Assembly (NCBI GenBank): GCA_051294375.1
Contig: CM119266.1
Coordinates: 23,384,413-23,448,412 of the forward strand
Direction: 5' to 3'
DNA: 64,000 nt
Origin: Paraspadella gotoi
Lineage: Eukaryota; Animalia; Chaetognatha
Shown: positions 34,421 through 46,695 of the stretch, piece after piece
Layout of the letters: the number at the start of each line of letters is the position of its first letter
Position numbering within the stretch: the first letter of the stretch is position 1
Notes under the pieces: model-generated
Database searches by the model: none
Told to the model about the DNA's origin: nothing
The model's input: only the letters and a program-made list of their open reading frames with translations
Program-made: the position numbers and the translations under genes

Positions 34421-34608
34421 AATACCTATATANNNNNNNNNNNNNNNNNNNNNNNNNATATAATTTGTATGAATATGTTCTCTTAACATTTAATTTCTTA
34501 TACAATAACAATTTGGATAAAATTGAGCCCATTATCTACCAAGATCTATATTAGCGTGTACTTTAAATCAAATAACAAAGCTAAAATATTTTGTGTATCA
34601 GAATCTCA

Positions 34609-35105
34609 CTCTGACATCTACGTATTTAAATCAACCTTCAATGAATAAATGCAATTCAATTGGCTTTTTACAAAAATACCCCGGAAATTTTTTTTTCTCG
34701 CCAAAATATTGACACTTTTTGTTAAAAACGTCAATTCACAAACGCTTATTTCCTGACCTTTCACGGTTCTGGCTGTTCAATTTCGATTCCTCACACATAG
34801 CGTCGTACGTGTCGTCGCGTCGTCGTTCGTCGTCGTCGTCGTGTCGTCGTCGTCTCGCCGTGCGTCACGTGAGTACCGACAATTTAACCTCCGTCGACCT
34901 TCGTCCCGATTTCCCATTTTGCAGACGCCCATGGATTGACCTCCGCGGGGAACTCGGGTTAAGGAGATTTGTGACGAGGACTGGGACCATGAGTAAACTG
35001 AGGGGCAAGAAACTTTCAGACAGTTATACGTTTTTAGAATTTCAATTCACTTATTGAAATAAGAGAACACGTTAACATTCATTCTCTCCTCTCTCTCTTC
35101 TCTCT

Positions 35106-35140
<35 letters not shown>

Positions 35141-35783
35141 CTCTCTCCTCTCTCCCACTCCACTCCTCTCCTCCCTCTCTCTTTTCGATATATCACGTCG
35201 CAGATGTGGCACGACTGACGTCAATACTCGCATCGCAGTCGTCGTCGTCGTCGTCGTCTTCCTTCTCGCACCTGTCTCCACTAAATTCTTCTCAATCGGC
35301 CGCCCACTTTCATCCCTTATCTTCCCCTCTCACTATCTTTCTAACTTTTCAGTAGCAATTAACCCTGACCACAAATACATTCAGACTTGTGGATATTAAA
35401 ATGTAAAAAGAAGTGTACTATACTTAAGGAAATAAGGAGAGCAATCTCGTCACGGTGAAACCACTAAAAGCCACTTTTCGAAACCACCATTTGAGAAGAT
35501 TTCTAATCACTCCTCCACAACCCTCTTTGCCCAACCACCCTTCCCATCCCCGAAAACCCCCCTCACCACCCCCCACCACTATAAAATCTCCCTCCTCTGA
35601 CATCCTAGTTTTAAAATCAACTTCAATGAATAAATGTTTCAATTGGCATTTTTAAAAATACCCCGAAATTTTTTTTTCTCGCCAAAAATATTGACACTTT
35701 TTTGTTTAAAAATTCGTCAAATTCACAAACGCTTATTTCTGACCTTTCACGGTCGGCTGTTCAATTTCGATTCCTCACCAATA

Positions 35784-35841
<58 letters not shown>

Positions 35842-36375
35842 GAAGTCGACAATTTAACCTCCCGTCGCTTCTCGATTTCCATTTTGAGACGCATGGACTT
35901 GACTCCGCGGGGAACTGGGGTTTAGGGGATTTGTGGGGACTGGGGACCATGGGATAACGAGGGGAAGAAAACTTCAAGATCAGTTATACGTTTTTAGAAT
36001 TTCAATTCCTTTATTGAAATTAAGAAACGTTACATTCATTCTCTCTCTCTCTCTCTCTCTCTCTACTCTCTCTCCTCTCTCCCACTCCACTCCTCTCCTC
36101 CCTCTCTCTTTTCGATATATCACGTCGCAGATGTGGCACGACTGACGTCAATACTCGCATCGTCGTCGTCGTCGTCGTCCTCGTCGTCTTCCTTCTCGCA
36201 CCTGTCTCCATAAAATCTTCTCAATCGGTCCGCCCACTTCTCATCCCTTATCTTCCCCTTCTTCACGTATCTTTCTAACTTTTCAGTAGCAATAAACCCC
36301 TGACCACAACTCATTTCAGATTGTGGATTTAAATTGTGTAAAAAGAAAGTGTCTATTACTTTAAGGAATAAGGAA
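34609..36375. repeat. About 0.8-kb direct duplication between gaps (34609-35439 vs 35594-36375)
   Basis: Collinear copies; the first is riddled with 1-bp indels typical of unpolished long-read sequence. Confidence 0.9.
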
Positions 36376-38957
36376 NNNNNNNNNNNNNNNNNNNNNNNNN
36401 NNNNNNNNNNNNNNNNNNNNNNNNNNNNNNNNNNNNNNNNNNNNNNNNNNNNNNNNNNNNNNNNNNNNNNNNNNNNNNNNNNNNNNNNNNNNNNNNNNNN
36501 NNNNNNNNNNNNNNNNNNNNNNNNNNNNNNNNNNNNNNNNNNNNNNNNNNNNNNNNNNNNNNNNNNNNNNNNNNNNNNNNNNNNNNNNNNNNNNNNNNNN
36601 NNNNNNNNNNNNNNNNNNNNNNNNNNNNNNNNNNNNNNNNNNNNNNNNNNNNNNNNNNNNNNNNNNNNNNNNNNNNNNNNNNNNNNNNNNNNNNNNNNNN
36701 NNNNNNNNNNNNNNNNNNNNNNNNNNNNNNNNNNNNNNNNNNNNNNNNNNNNNNNNNNNNNNNNNNNNNNNNNNNNNNNNNNNNNNNNNNNNNNNNNNNN
36801 NNNNNNNNNNNNNNNNNNNNNNNNNNNNNNNNNNNNNNNNNNNNNNNNNNNNNNNNNNNNNNNNNNNNAAAAAAAAGAAAGACTAAAGTCGAAAATCCGG
36901 GGAAAATCGACGCAGCGAAAACCTTTAACGGTTTTTTAATTCCCTTGCCCTTTTATTTAAATATATTTTTTTCCCGCGCCGAGTCGCGACGACCGCGATC
37001 GCAGCGCCGCCTCTGAGCGGTCATTAAAACGTTCAAAACTTAAACTTCTTCGGAGGGCAAACAAATGGCGCACGGAATTTCCATACTACGGCAGAAAAAG
37101 AGAAAAAAAACATAGTTCCGTCCCTTTATAATCGTTCCCAGAGGACCTAAAAGGGGGAGAAAAAAAGGGGGAAAAAAGAAGTCCCTAGCAAATTTGTCCG
37201 AGAAGTTAATTTTGATTTTTTAAAAACAAATGTTAATAGTTACTATAATTAAATTTGTGATATATCATTAGATTGCGAACAAAAAAATGTTTAATCTCTT
37301 ACCAGCCTACTTTTTATCAATGTCACCAATTGTACTCACAGATCTAATATTTATTCTAAACTTGAGTTTCGATCTATCGATCGATAGGGGACAAAAACCC
37401 GCCGCCGACTTCGATTACACCGTCCATCGTCGTCGATCAAAACCGTCGTCGTAAATCTCCGAGTTCTTCACTTTCACCTATCGCGAGTAACGGCGTCGCC
37501 TCGCGCCTCCTGGCGGCGAAATTTTGAAGGAGGCGCAGGTGGAATTTCGTAAGTCTCGATTAGATCTATAATTCAATTTTCGTGTTGAGCGAAATTTTCC
37601 GTTTTGCCTCAGGGTTCATTTTTAATGAAAACCGAGTAGGGAAAATTATTCGACTACAGTACATATTTTTAATTGCGCCGCGAGTACTCGCGGAGCAACT
37701 CTATAAGTCACACTCTTCGGTCGGTCGGTCCGTCGGTCTGTCCCACTTATGTTAAAAACGCTTATAACTTGCTTATAGTTTGTTGCTCATCTGTTAAAAA
37801 TCAAATCTAAGCGACTATTTGCGCCGCCTTTTGTTTTTAAAGAAATCTTTGTAGAAAAAAAAAAGTTTGAATGATTTTTTACAACGAAGTTGTTTTTATT
37901 ATTATTCGTTGTAAAAAATCATTAAAACTTGGTTTTTTCTACTTTCAAACTAAAAACGAAAAAGAAAGGTTAATACATCATGTCTACTAAAGAAATCTTA
38001 TAAACTATAAGGAATAAATAACATGATAAGTAAAAAGAAAAGTAATACGGCGCAACAGCTTGGAATAACCGTTCCTAGTTTGTTAAATACTTAATAGCAA
38101 TCTGTCTATAACTTTATTCAAAACACCAAATATAAAGCAATTATTGATATGAGGTATACAGAGCAGTACTGGTATCGTAAATTTTCTTTTTCTTTTTCTT
38201 TTTCTTTTTATTTTCTTGCCAGCGTCAACCGGCTTGCCCGGCGTCCTTGACGCCGGCAACCGGCGTCCACTGAGATGTGACGCCGTCTCTCGCTCGATGA
38301 AATGAGACGCGATACGAAGTTAATGAGACGAAGAAAGCAGTTCATTGTCATTCTCGACTCCCGACCTGGTCTTCTGATAAAGAATGTTTTCAAAGTGAAA
38401 ANNNNNNNNNNNNNNNNNNNNNNNNNNNNNNNNNNNNNNNNNNNNNNNNNNNNNNNNNNNNNNNNNNNNNNNNNNNNNNNNNNNNNNNNNNNNNNNNNNN
38501 NNNNNNNNNNNNNNNNNNNNNNNNNNNNNNNNNNNNNNNNNNNNNNNNNNNNNNNNNNNNNNNNNNNNNNNNNNNNNNNNNNNNNNNNNNNNNNNNNNNN
38601 NNNNNNNNNNNNNNNNNNNNNNNNNNNNNNNNNNNNNNNNNNNNNNNNNNNNNNNNNNNNNNNNNNNNNNNNNNNNNNNNNNNNNNNNNNNNNNNNNNNN
38701 NNNNNNNNNNNNNNNNNNNNNNNNNNNNNNNNNNNNNNNNNNNNNNNNNNNNNNNNNNNNNNNNNNNNNNNNNNNNNNNNNNNNNNNNNNNNNNNNNNNN
38801 NNNNNNNNNNNNNNNNNNNNNNNNNNNNNNNNNNNNNNNNNNNNNNNNNNNNNNNNNNNNNNNNNNNNNNNNNNNNNNNNNNNNNNNNNNNNNNNNNNNN
38901 NNNNNNNNNNNNNNNNNNNNNNNNNNNNNNNNNNNNNNNNNNNNNNNNNNNNNNNNA
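36376..38957. other. Assembly gaps (N runs at 36376-36868 and 38402-38957; others near 17885, 34433, 42982, 55136, 55767, 56731, 57047, 57196 and 60728)
   Basis: N characters in the sequence. Confidence 0.99.
37666..38085 (+). mobile_element. Helentron/HINE (DINE-1-like) non-autonomous element candidate
   Basis: Starts with a T-run plus palindromic CGCGAGTACTCGCG, then ACTCTATAA and a (CGGT)n microsatellite, the typical HINE 5' layout; contains an internal long hairpin. The 3' boundary is uncertain. Confidence 0.55.
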
Positions 38958-39026
38958 TCATGTTAACCCGCGTTTCCAGTGTGACCCACTGTGCGACGGG
39001 ACAGTTTGACATGTTTACTGCCGACA

Positions 39027-39058
<32 letters not shown>

Positions 39059-39392
39059 CTCTCCTTTTACGTTTTCCTTCACGAAAGAAAAGATTTACGG
39101 TGAACAAATTGAAAGTAATTTTCTTCGACTTCGTTCCTCGTCGATCATTTTACGCGATTCACATTTCGTTGACGAGTGAACGAATTTATGTTGGCGGGTT
39201 CAGGTGTGATCGACATTCCTGGACGTCACACCGCGGAACAGGTTTAGTCTGGAGTTGACCCGACCGTCTGATCGTTAATAAGAAAGGTGCATATTGTACG
39301 TGTATCAAAATTAAACCTTTCGAGCGCGGGTATAGAAGGTGAAATAGTATCTTTCTTAGAAATATTAAGAAGGTTCAGGTTCAGTGAATTTT

Positions 39393-39447
<55 letters not shown>

Positions 39448-39929
39448 TCTCTCTCTCTCAAGAGTTTTATTACTCGAAAGAGAAAAGAGAGAATAAAAAA
39501 ACAAGTTTGTGCAAACAATGTCGGAACTGCCCACGATCATTAGCGGTAATTAATTAATTTAATTGATTTTAGGTCTTTTTGTCACTGACCACGACAAAAG
39601 CAACAACGATGATGATTGGATGATGACAATAATGCCGATAACGATTGACTTACTTGATTTGATTGATTGATTGATTAAATATTTAATTAATTAATAAATA
39701 AATTGATTGATTTAATAATCAATTAATAGATAAATAAATTGATTTATTGATTTTTAAATTAATTGATTAATTGACTGATTAATTAATTATTGATAAATTA
39801 ATTGATTTATTGATTAATTAACTGTTTAATTTTTTCATTAAATAATACATCTTGCATTTACATTTAATATAAAAAGAAGAGGAAAAGGAAAAACCATAAT
39901 CAATTAATGAAACAGGATTCCATCAAAAC

Positions 39930-40975
39930 TAAATTTTTAGCTTAGCGGGTAGCCGCATTCAATGGGGTGAGTCAAAAATTTAGAGTGAGTACATGTTCAA
40001 ACGAATATTTAGACATTTTTAAGAATACTTTCAATGGACAAAAAAATTCTAATATGGCTCTATACCCTAGTTATTAATTTTTTAATATTTATTTATAGAT
40101 AGGAAAGGTCAAAATTTTTTTAAAGAATTTTTTAATTTTAAGACCAGATTCAGATAGCTCATAAAAAGTTGTCTACACAAAGTATAATTCTTTTTAAAAT
40201 ATTTTTACGATAAGTGTGTCAAAAATAAGAAAAACCATAAAAAATCATCATCATCTTTCGATAATTTTATTATTTTTTTTATATTTTCACTTAGCAAACG
40301 TAAGAATTTTTAAAAGCTGTAATTATATGTCTTGTTTAATATTTGATGCTCTATCGGAATCCATCAAAAAATTTTAAGATTTCAAAAAAAATTTTTTTTT
40401 GCTCTATATAGTAGTGTAATATTTTTAATTAGGCTAGTAACCTCAGAAGAAAGCATTTTTGACAAAAAATATTTTAATACCGTAAACTATGGTCATGTTA
40501 GATTATTTTAACACTGTATACATTAGCATTTAAATTTCATTGGCTATGGCTAGCTTAATCACACACTTTCCTACCCACATAAAAAAATTCGAGTCAATTG
40601 CCCCTTCCACTCATGAGTAATTGGCATTCAAATAGTGAAATCGATTTTTTTTCCCTATTTAAACACATTTAAACACACTCGCACGATTCCATTGAAACTT
40701 CATATCCAGCTCAATCACACACGTTCCTACCCTCACACAAAATTTCATTCCAATCCATTCATCCAATCATGAGTAATTGGTGTTTTTTCCTAAGGGGCGA
40801 CGGACGGACGGACGGTCGGACGGACGGAAGGACGGAATACATCTTTTTTTTTGCATAATTTATCATAATTCGATGTTCTGACATGATATAAGTGAACAAG
40901 GTTGAGGGGGCGGACCGACGGACCGACAAAGTGGATTATAGAGTCGGGATCTGCTGTTAGCAGACCGACTAAAAA
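39930..40975. mobile_element. HINE/pearl-like composite repeat with (CGGA)n microsatellite and internal repeats of about 150-bp period
   Basis: (CGGA)n at about 40800-40835; duplicated AGCT.AATCACACAC.TTCCTACCC...CATGAGTAATTGG units; reverse-strand terminus TTTTTAGTCGG-stem-loop-CCGACTCTATAA-(GTCGGTCC) at about 40910-40975; partial related copy at about 33760-34010. Confidence 0.55.
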
Positions 40976-41095
40976 AGAATATCAAAAAAATTCGATGAGA
41001 GAGAAAAAGTTAAAAATCTCCTGAAAAAAATGAAAGGAAGAGGAAATTTAAAAAAAAAGAAATAGAACCGGGGAGTAAGAATCTTTTATAGAAAA

Positions 41096-41168
<73 letters not shown>

Positions 41169-41395
41169 AGAGAAGAAGAGAGATAGAGAGAGAAAGGATT
41201 GAGTGAATCTATCCTGTCGCCACACATCATTAAGGAAAAGGCATCATTACGAACAGCGCCGCTTTGATGATGATCAATTATCAAATGATAGAGATATGTT
41301 ATTCATACTGATGAAGGCGGGGGCCGAGAGAGGAACTTAATGTTATTTTTCCATTATAAATTCAGCTAATGGTCTTCGAGCGATATTCGCTTGCG

Positions 41396-41478
<83 letters not shown>

Positions 41479-41672
41479 TCTCGCCCTCTATCGTCGCATC
41501 GATGGATCGAATGAGCCACGCTGATGGCACTCACGATTTGCCATTGCGACGGCCAGTTGCGACACCGGTATAAGATTGTTCCCAGTCGAAGACACGGCGA
41601 CGACGACGACGACACGCTTTGGTCGCTTGCAGGTGCCGATGACTCACGAGTAGAGAGAGAGAGAGAGAGAAG

Positions 41673-41747
<75 letters not shown>

Positions 41748-42439
41748 CGTGATCGTGAAGGCCAGTCGAATTCCCTTGAGCCACGAGCGATGATAGAACG
41801 AATTCTGAGTTCAGCGGGTGATTAGTTGAGTTGGGCCGAATTCACGGTAGATGTCGCTTAATCGTGACACCATGCGTTACAACGGATGTTTAACGTTAAT
41901 TGAATCTGCTCATCGATATGCAGACGATCTGTCACTATAAGGATACGAGTTTTCTTTGTCTGCTTGTGCATCGTAGTTTGGTCAGAAGTCAATAATTGTA
42001 TTCTATTTAACTATTTCCTTTCTCCTTGTTTTGTTTTTGGTAATGGTGTGAATTAATACAAAATATGTAAATTAGAAAAACAAAAGACACATTTATTTGA
42101 ATTTTTAAAAAAAAAATTTCTCTCTCTATCTCTATCTCTCTCTCTCTTTCTCTGATTAATTTATTGATTGATAGATTGATCAAATTATGACCTGACAGAG
42201 AGACAGAGAGGCGAGGCATAACATTTTCTTCAGTCTCGGAGTTTGCGGCAGGCAAGGCCATCTTATTGGCATCCAACTCGCACGTTCCGTCATCCTAAAA
42301 TTTTAAGGACGGTCGTCCCTTATGAAGCAACATAACATAACATAGCAACGCAAACAAACCATACCTTAAACTCGTTCTTTTTTTTTAGAATCAACTTTTC
42401 TCGCAGTTTTTATTCTCATGTGAATCGGAACGAATAATC

Positions 42440-42822
42440 TCAAATGTTCGGAGTCCTTCTTCTACTATAGGATCGCCTCCTGCCGCCGCTTTTACGGCGC
42501 CCGGTGCTACCAGTGGGGGGCCTGGTGCCTCCAGTGCGGCGACTGGGGCCTCCAGTGCGGCGCTTGTTGACTCCAGTGCGCCGCCTGGGGCCTCCTTTGC
42601 GGTGCCTGGGACCTTCTTTGCGGCGCCTTAAGCCTCCTTTGGGGCGCCTGGAGCCTCCTTTGCGGCGCCTGTTGACTCTGATCCCGTGGCTCCTTCTGCC
42701 TTTCGATGGATTTCCGAGAACGACTTCTTGTTTGGAGCAGGTGCACTCGCATTGGACGTCGTCGTCGTCGTCGTCGTCGTCAACGTCGGCAACGTCGGCC
42801 TGTACGTTGCGGCCGTAGCGTT
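42440..42822 (-). CDS. Orphan secreted precursor, terminal exon (clean copy): poly-Asp, CxCxC, Arg/Gly heptad repeats
   Basis: Acceptor TTCTGACAG|AA; 127 codons (K)RYGRNVQADVADV(D)nVQCECTCSKQEVVLGNPSKGRRSHGIRVNRRRKGGSRRPKGGLRRRKEGPRHRKGGPRRRTGVNKRRTGGPSRRTGGTRPPTGSTGRRKSGGRRRSYSRRRTPNI*; a 77-bp AT-rich GT-AG intron upstream is phase-compatible. Confidence 0.75.
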
Positions 42823-42899
42823 CTGTCAGAATAAATACGTCAAAAACGGTGGAGAAAATTATGTTTAAATATTAAATTTATTTAAAATAAAAATCGTAC

Positions 42900-42981
42900 T
42901 CTCTTTGTTCAGGTGATGAGTGTCCATTTCGTCGTCGTGATCCGCAAGCACGCAAATGTCGCTAAATTTCCCGTCTGCTGT
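42900..42981 (-). CDS. Orphan secreted precursor, 3' part of exon 2 (clean copy, truncated by gap)
   Basis: ...ADGKFSDICVLADHDDEMDTHHLNKE with phase-1 donor A|GTACGA at 42899. Confidence 0.7.
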
Positions 42982-43459
42982 NNNNNNNNNNNNNNNNNNN
43001 NNNNNNNNNNNNNNNNNNNNNNNNNNNNNNNNNNNNNNNNNNNNNNNNNNNNNNNNNNNNNNNNNNNNNNNNNNNNNNNNNNNNNNNNNNNNNNNNNNNN
43101 NNNNNNNNNNNNNNGATGACTTCACGATAGAGAGAGACGAGAGAGGAGAGAGAGAGAGAGAGGGAGGAGATTGAGAGAGAGAGAGAGCAGAGTCACGTGA
43201 TTCGTTAAGGCCCAGTCGAATTCCCATTGAGCTACGAGCGATGGATAGAACGAATTCTGAGTTCAGCTGAGTGATTAGTTGATGTTGCGGCCGGAATCAC
43301 GGTTAATGTCGCTTACGTGACACCATGCGTTAACGGATGTTTAACGTTAATTGAATCTGCTCATCGATATGCAGACATCTGTCACATATAAGGATACGAG
43401 TTTTCTTGTCTGCTTGTGCATCGTAGTTTGGTCAGAAGTCAATAATTGTATCTATTTAA

Positions 43460-44343
43460 GGGGACAAGTGAAACAGGGGGGTAAAAAAGCTGTGAAAACA
43501 TAACGTTTGACCCTTAACGTTAAGCTGGTTCTGATCATAATATTTTTTCTTTATACATTTGGGAAAGTAGTTATAAAATTATATAAAATCAGCGAGCTTA
43601 ATTTTCTTTAAAATGGTAAGAAGAAAATCTTTTTCAAGTTTAAATTTTTTTTTTTCCAAAAAAGGGTTAAGATCTAATTTTAAAAAGATTTCTGCTTTTA
43701 TCACAAAATTTTATAAGAAAAAAAACTAGGAGATGAATTCAAATTTAAGTATCGACTGATTTTATTTTAAACTTTCTTTCAATGATTCTGTTAATTGGTA
43801 TGAATAAACTCTTTGAAGTAATATTAAATATAAAAGAAGAGAAAGCATTCTGTACTTTGCTAATTTTTTTAATTATTATAATTAGGAATCAATATAGTTT
43901 AATTATACATTTAAGGGTAATGAATATGAATATTTAATTATAATTATTACAGTTTTGTTTCTGTAAGAATAAATTTAGGTTTGAATTACTGCTTTTTAAG
44001 TAAATATAAAAATAAAAAATATTAGTCTTGTAAAAGCTTTGTTCATAAGGCTTAAACCTAAAAATTATAGCTTTGTACAGTAAAAATAAAAAAATTTGGC
44101 ATTTAGTAAAAAATACTTTCTAATGCAAAAATAAATAATGGATTTATTATTAAATATTTAGGTAGGGTCAACTAAATTTTTTTCATAATTCATGAAATTT
44201 TTGTTTCGCTAGAATAAGAGATTAGAATTTTTGCCACTTTCCCGTGTCAAAGAAAATTAATGACTATCACCATTCAAATTCCTTTGATGATTTAGACCCT
44301 TAAGCTTATGATATCATTTTTATCACTTGGACCCGGGGTCCCC
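43460..44343. mobile_element. Non-autonomous DNA transposon (MITE) with TTAA target-site duplication, Kolobok-like termini
   Basis: TTAA|GGGGACAAGTGA...TCACTTGGACCCGGGGTCCCC|TTAA; AT-rich non-coding interior; empty site TCTATTTAACTATTTCC present in the duplicate at about 42002-42018. Confidence 0.85.
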
Positions 44344-44791
44344 TTAAACTATTTCCTTTTTCTCCTTGTTTTTTTTTGCTCGGGTAATTGGTGTGAATTA
44401 ATTATAAAATATGTAAATTAGAAAAACAAAAGACACATTTATTTGAATTTTTAAAAACAATTTTTCTTCTCTCTATCATCTATCTCTCTCTCTCTCTCTG
44501 ATTGATTTAATTGATTGAGATTGATCAAACTTATGAACCTGACAGAGAGACAGAGAGGCGAGGCATAACATTTTTCTTCAGTCTCGGAACGTTTGCGGCA
44601 GGCAACCATTCTTATTGGCATTCCCAACTCGCAACTTCCGTCAGTCCTAAAAATTTTTAAGGGCGGTCGTCCCTTACGATAGCAACATAACATAACATTA
44701 GCCAACGCAAACAACCATACCTTAAGCTCGTTTTTTTTTTAGAAATCAACTTTCGCAGTTTTTATTCTCATTGTGAATCGGAACGATAATC

Positions 44792-45242
44792 TCAAATGTT
44801 CGGGAGTCCTTTCTTCTACTATGGATCGCCTCCTGCCGGCCGCTTTTTACGGCGCCCGTGTGCTACAGTGGGCCTGGCCAGGCGGCGACTGGAGTCGATC
44901 TCATGCGGCGACTGGGGCCTCCAGTGCGGCGCTTGTGCTCCATGTGCGCCGACCTGGGCCGTCCTTCAGTGCCGCGGACCATGTCTGCGGCTCCTAGTCG
45001 GCGTCTTGGTTACTATGCGGGCTGTTGCTCCAGTGGGTTAGCCTTACCTTCGGGTGGCCTCTTGGGGCGCCTGGGCCTCTGTTGCGCCCGTGTCTGAATC
45101 TAACCGTGGCTCCTTCTGCTTTCGATGGATGTCCGAGAACGACTTCTTGTTTGGAGCAAGGTGCACTCGCATTGGACGTCGTCGTCGTCGTCGTCCGTGA
45201 ACGTCGGCACGTCGGGCCTGCTAACGTTGCGGCCGTAGCGTT
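44792..45242 (-). CDS. Orphan secreted precursor, terminal exon (second, frameshift-ridden copy)
   Basis: Same acceptor and stop context as 42440-42822; many small indels, likely sequencing error; about 68 nt longer. Confidence 0.5.
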
Positions 45243-45318
45243 CTGTCAGAATAAATACGTCAAAAACGGTGGAGAAAATTTATTTTAAATATTAAATTTA
45301 TTAAAATAAAATCGTTAC

Positions 45319-45680
45319 TCTCTTCGTTCAGGTGATGAGTGTCCATTTCGTCGTCGTGATCTACACGCAAATGTCGCTATTTTCCGTCGCTGTCTTCGTC
45401 GTTCGGTCCTCGTTGTCGGCGTCGTTCGTCTTCTTGGGCCTCGCGATTAGATTTCGACATCTTCATCGGATCTTCATCGTCGCCGCCATTGACGCTGACA
45501 CCCTCGCCGACACCGTCGCTGTTGCTCTCAAGGACTTTAACGCCGTCGTCGGAGACGATCGCGATGACGTCGTCCGCCGACTCTTTGGCGTCGGCGGCGC
45601 TTATGGCGCCTGGGACATTCGCGGCGATGGCGGACGCGTTGCTCTGGTCGTCGTGAAATCGCGGAAATGACGATACGAGG
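45319..45680 (-). CDS. Orphan secreted precursor, exon 2 (acidic pro-region)
   Basis: Acceptor CTTCAG|C; reads LVSSFPRFHDDQSNASAIAANVPGAISAADAKESADDVIAIVSDDGVKVLESNSDGVGEGVSVNGGDDEDP...; the 3' end is noisy and has an in-frame TAG, but the clean copy at 42900-42981 is open there. Confidence 0.65.
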
Positions 45681-45750
45681 CTGAAGTTGTTAAAAAGTTA
45701 CTTTTAAATTACTCTAATATTACTTTTTATATTATTACATATATAATTAC

Positions 45751-45809
45751 CACGTTCGCAGTTCAAAACAGAAAATAAAGAACAGAGTCAACCCGAAATT
45801 TTTATCCAT
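45751..45809 (-). CDS. Orphan secreted precursor, exon 1 (signal-peptide-like)
   Basis: ATG at 45809; MDKNFGLTLFFIFCFELRT plus phase-2 donor TG|GTAATT; a 70-bp AT-rich intron joins in frame to exon 2. Confidence 0.6.
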
Positions 45810-46629
45810 CGTAAAAAAAAAAAAGCTAAAAATTAAAAAAGAAAAGGAACAAAATACTAAATACTATCAAAAAAAAGAAAGAAAGGAATGTAGTAGGGAT
45901 TTTGAGGGCATTTATTTAAATGCGTAGAGTCAAATTAGGGGAAGAACTTGTCTTAGGATAAGACGCAATCTGATTTAACAATGCAAAGGAAACGGGAATT
46001 CCGAATGAGTGGATTTGCCAGTTGTAAAGTTCAGTGGAAGAAAGCCGACGAGTCGAAAAGTCAAAGGAGACTGAGATTTGAGATTCCAAAGGATGGAAAA
46101 TCTCCCGGACAACCTTTTGTTTTGGTTCCGAACTAAAAGGAAAGAGAAGAAGGAAAATCTCAACTCAATTCAATTACGAGAAAAGAAAAAGAGGAGAAAG
46201 ACCGCGAACACTTTTCCTTTTTTTTCTTTCCTCTCTTTCATTCCGCCTTAGCTCACTCTCTTTCTCCGCCCTTTTATCCGGAATCGGAAATATTTGATAA
46301 ATGGAGCATCGGCGCAGAACTTTGGACCAACGCCATACCTCTCTCTTCATCTCTCTCTTTCTCTCTGCCCTTACTCTCTCTCTCTTACTCTCTCTCTCTT
46401 TCTCTCTCTTTCTCTCTTCCAGATATAGAGAAGTGAAAAAAAGCTTTAATGAAATCTTGCTCATATTTTCTCTGTCGTTCTTTGGTGGTTCCATCGTCGT
46501 TGTTGTCGTCGTCGTCGTTGTCGTCTTCGTCATAGTCATCTCCTCCCAACTTTCTCCGACGTCGACCTTTTAATTGATTTATCGCGATCGTCAAAGGAAA
46601 AAGCGTTTCTCCCTTTCACGTCTCGAGAA

Positions 46630-46695
<66 letters not shown>

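Larger units (their letters stand above)
41638..45390. repeat. Duplicated segment across a gap (41638-42981 vs 43115-45390), probably two haplotypes
   Basis: Collinear; the second copy is noisier, carries an 884-bp insertion and has a longer 21-bp repeat array. Confidence 0.9.

Noticed and set aside
34609-36375. Biological duplication of the 0.8-kb segment (and of 60949/63772)
   Set aside because: Adjacent to gaps or the window edge, with indel-dominated differences; most likely uncollapsed overlaps.
38228-38263. GC-rich hairpins (also about 9051-9090, 18387-18412 and 37499-37540)
   Set aside because: Short stems are expected by chance in GC-rich patches; nothing else supports a structured RNA.
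42504-42818. ORFs 42507-42752 (QAPQRR repeats) and 42504-42818 (LGPPVRR repeats)
   Set aside because: Alternative frames of the 21-bp repeat; only the RRRxGG frame is phase-compatible with the upstream intron.
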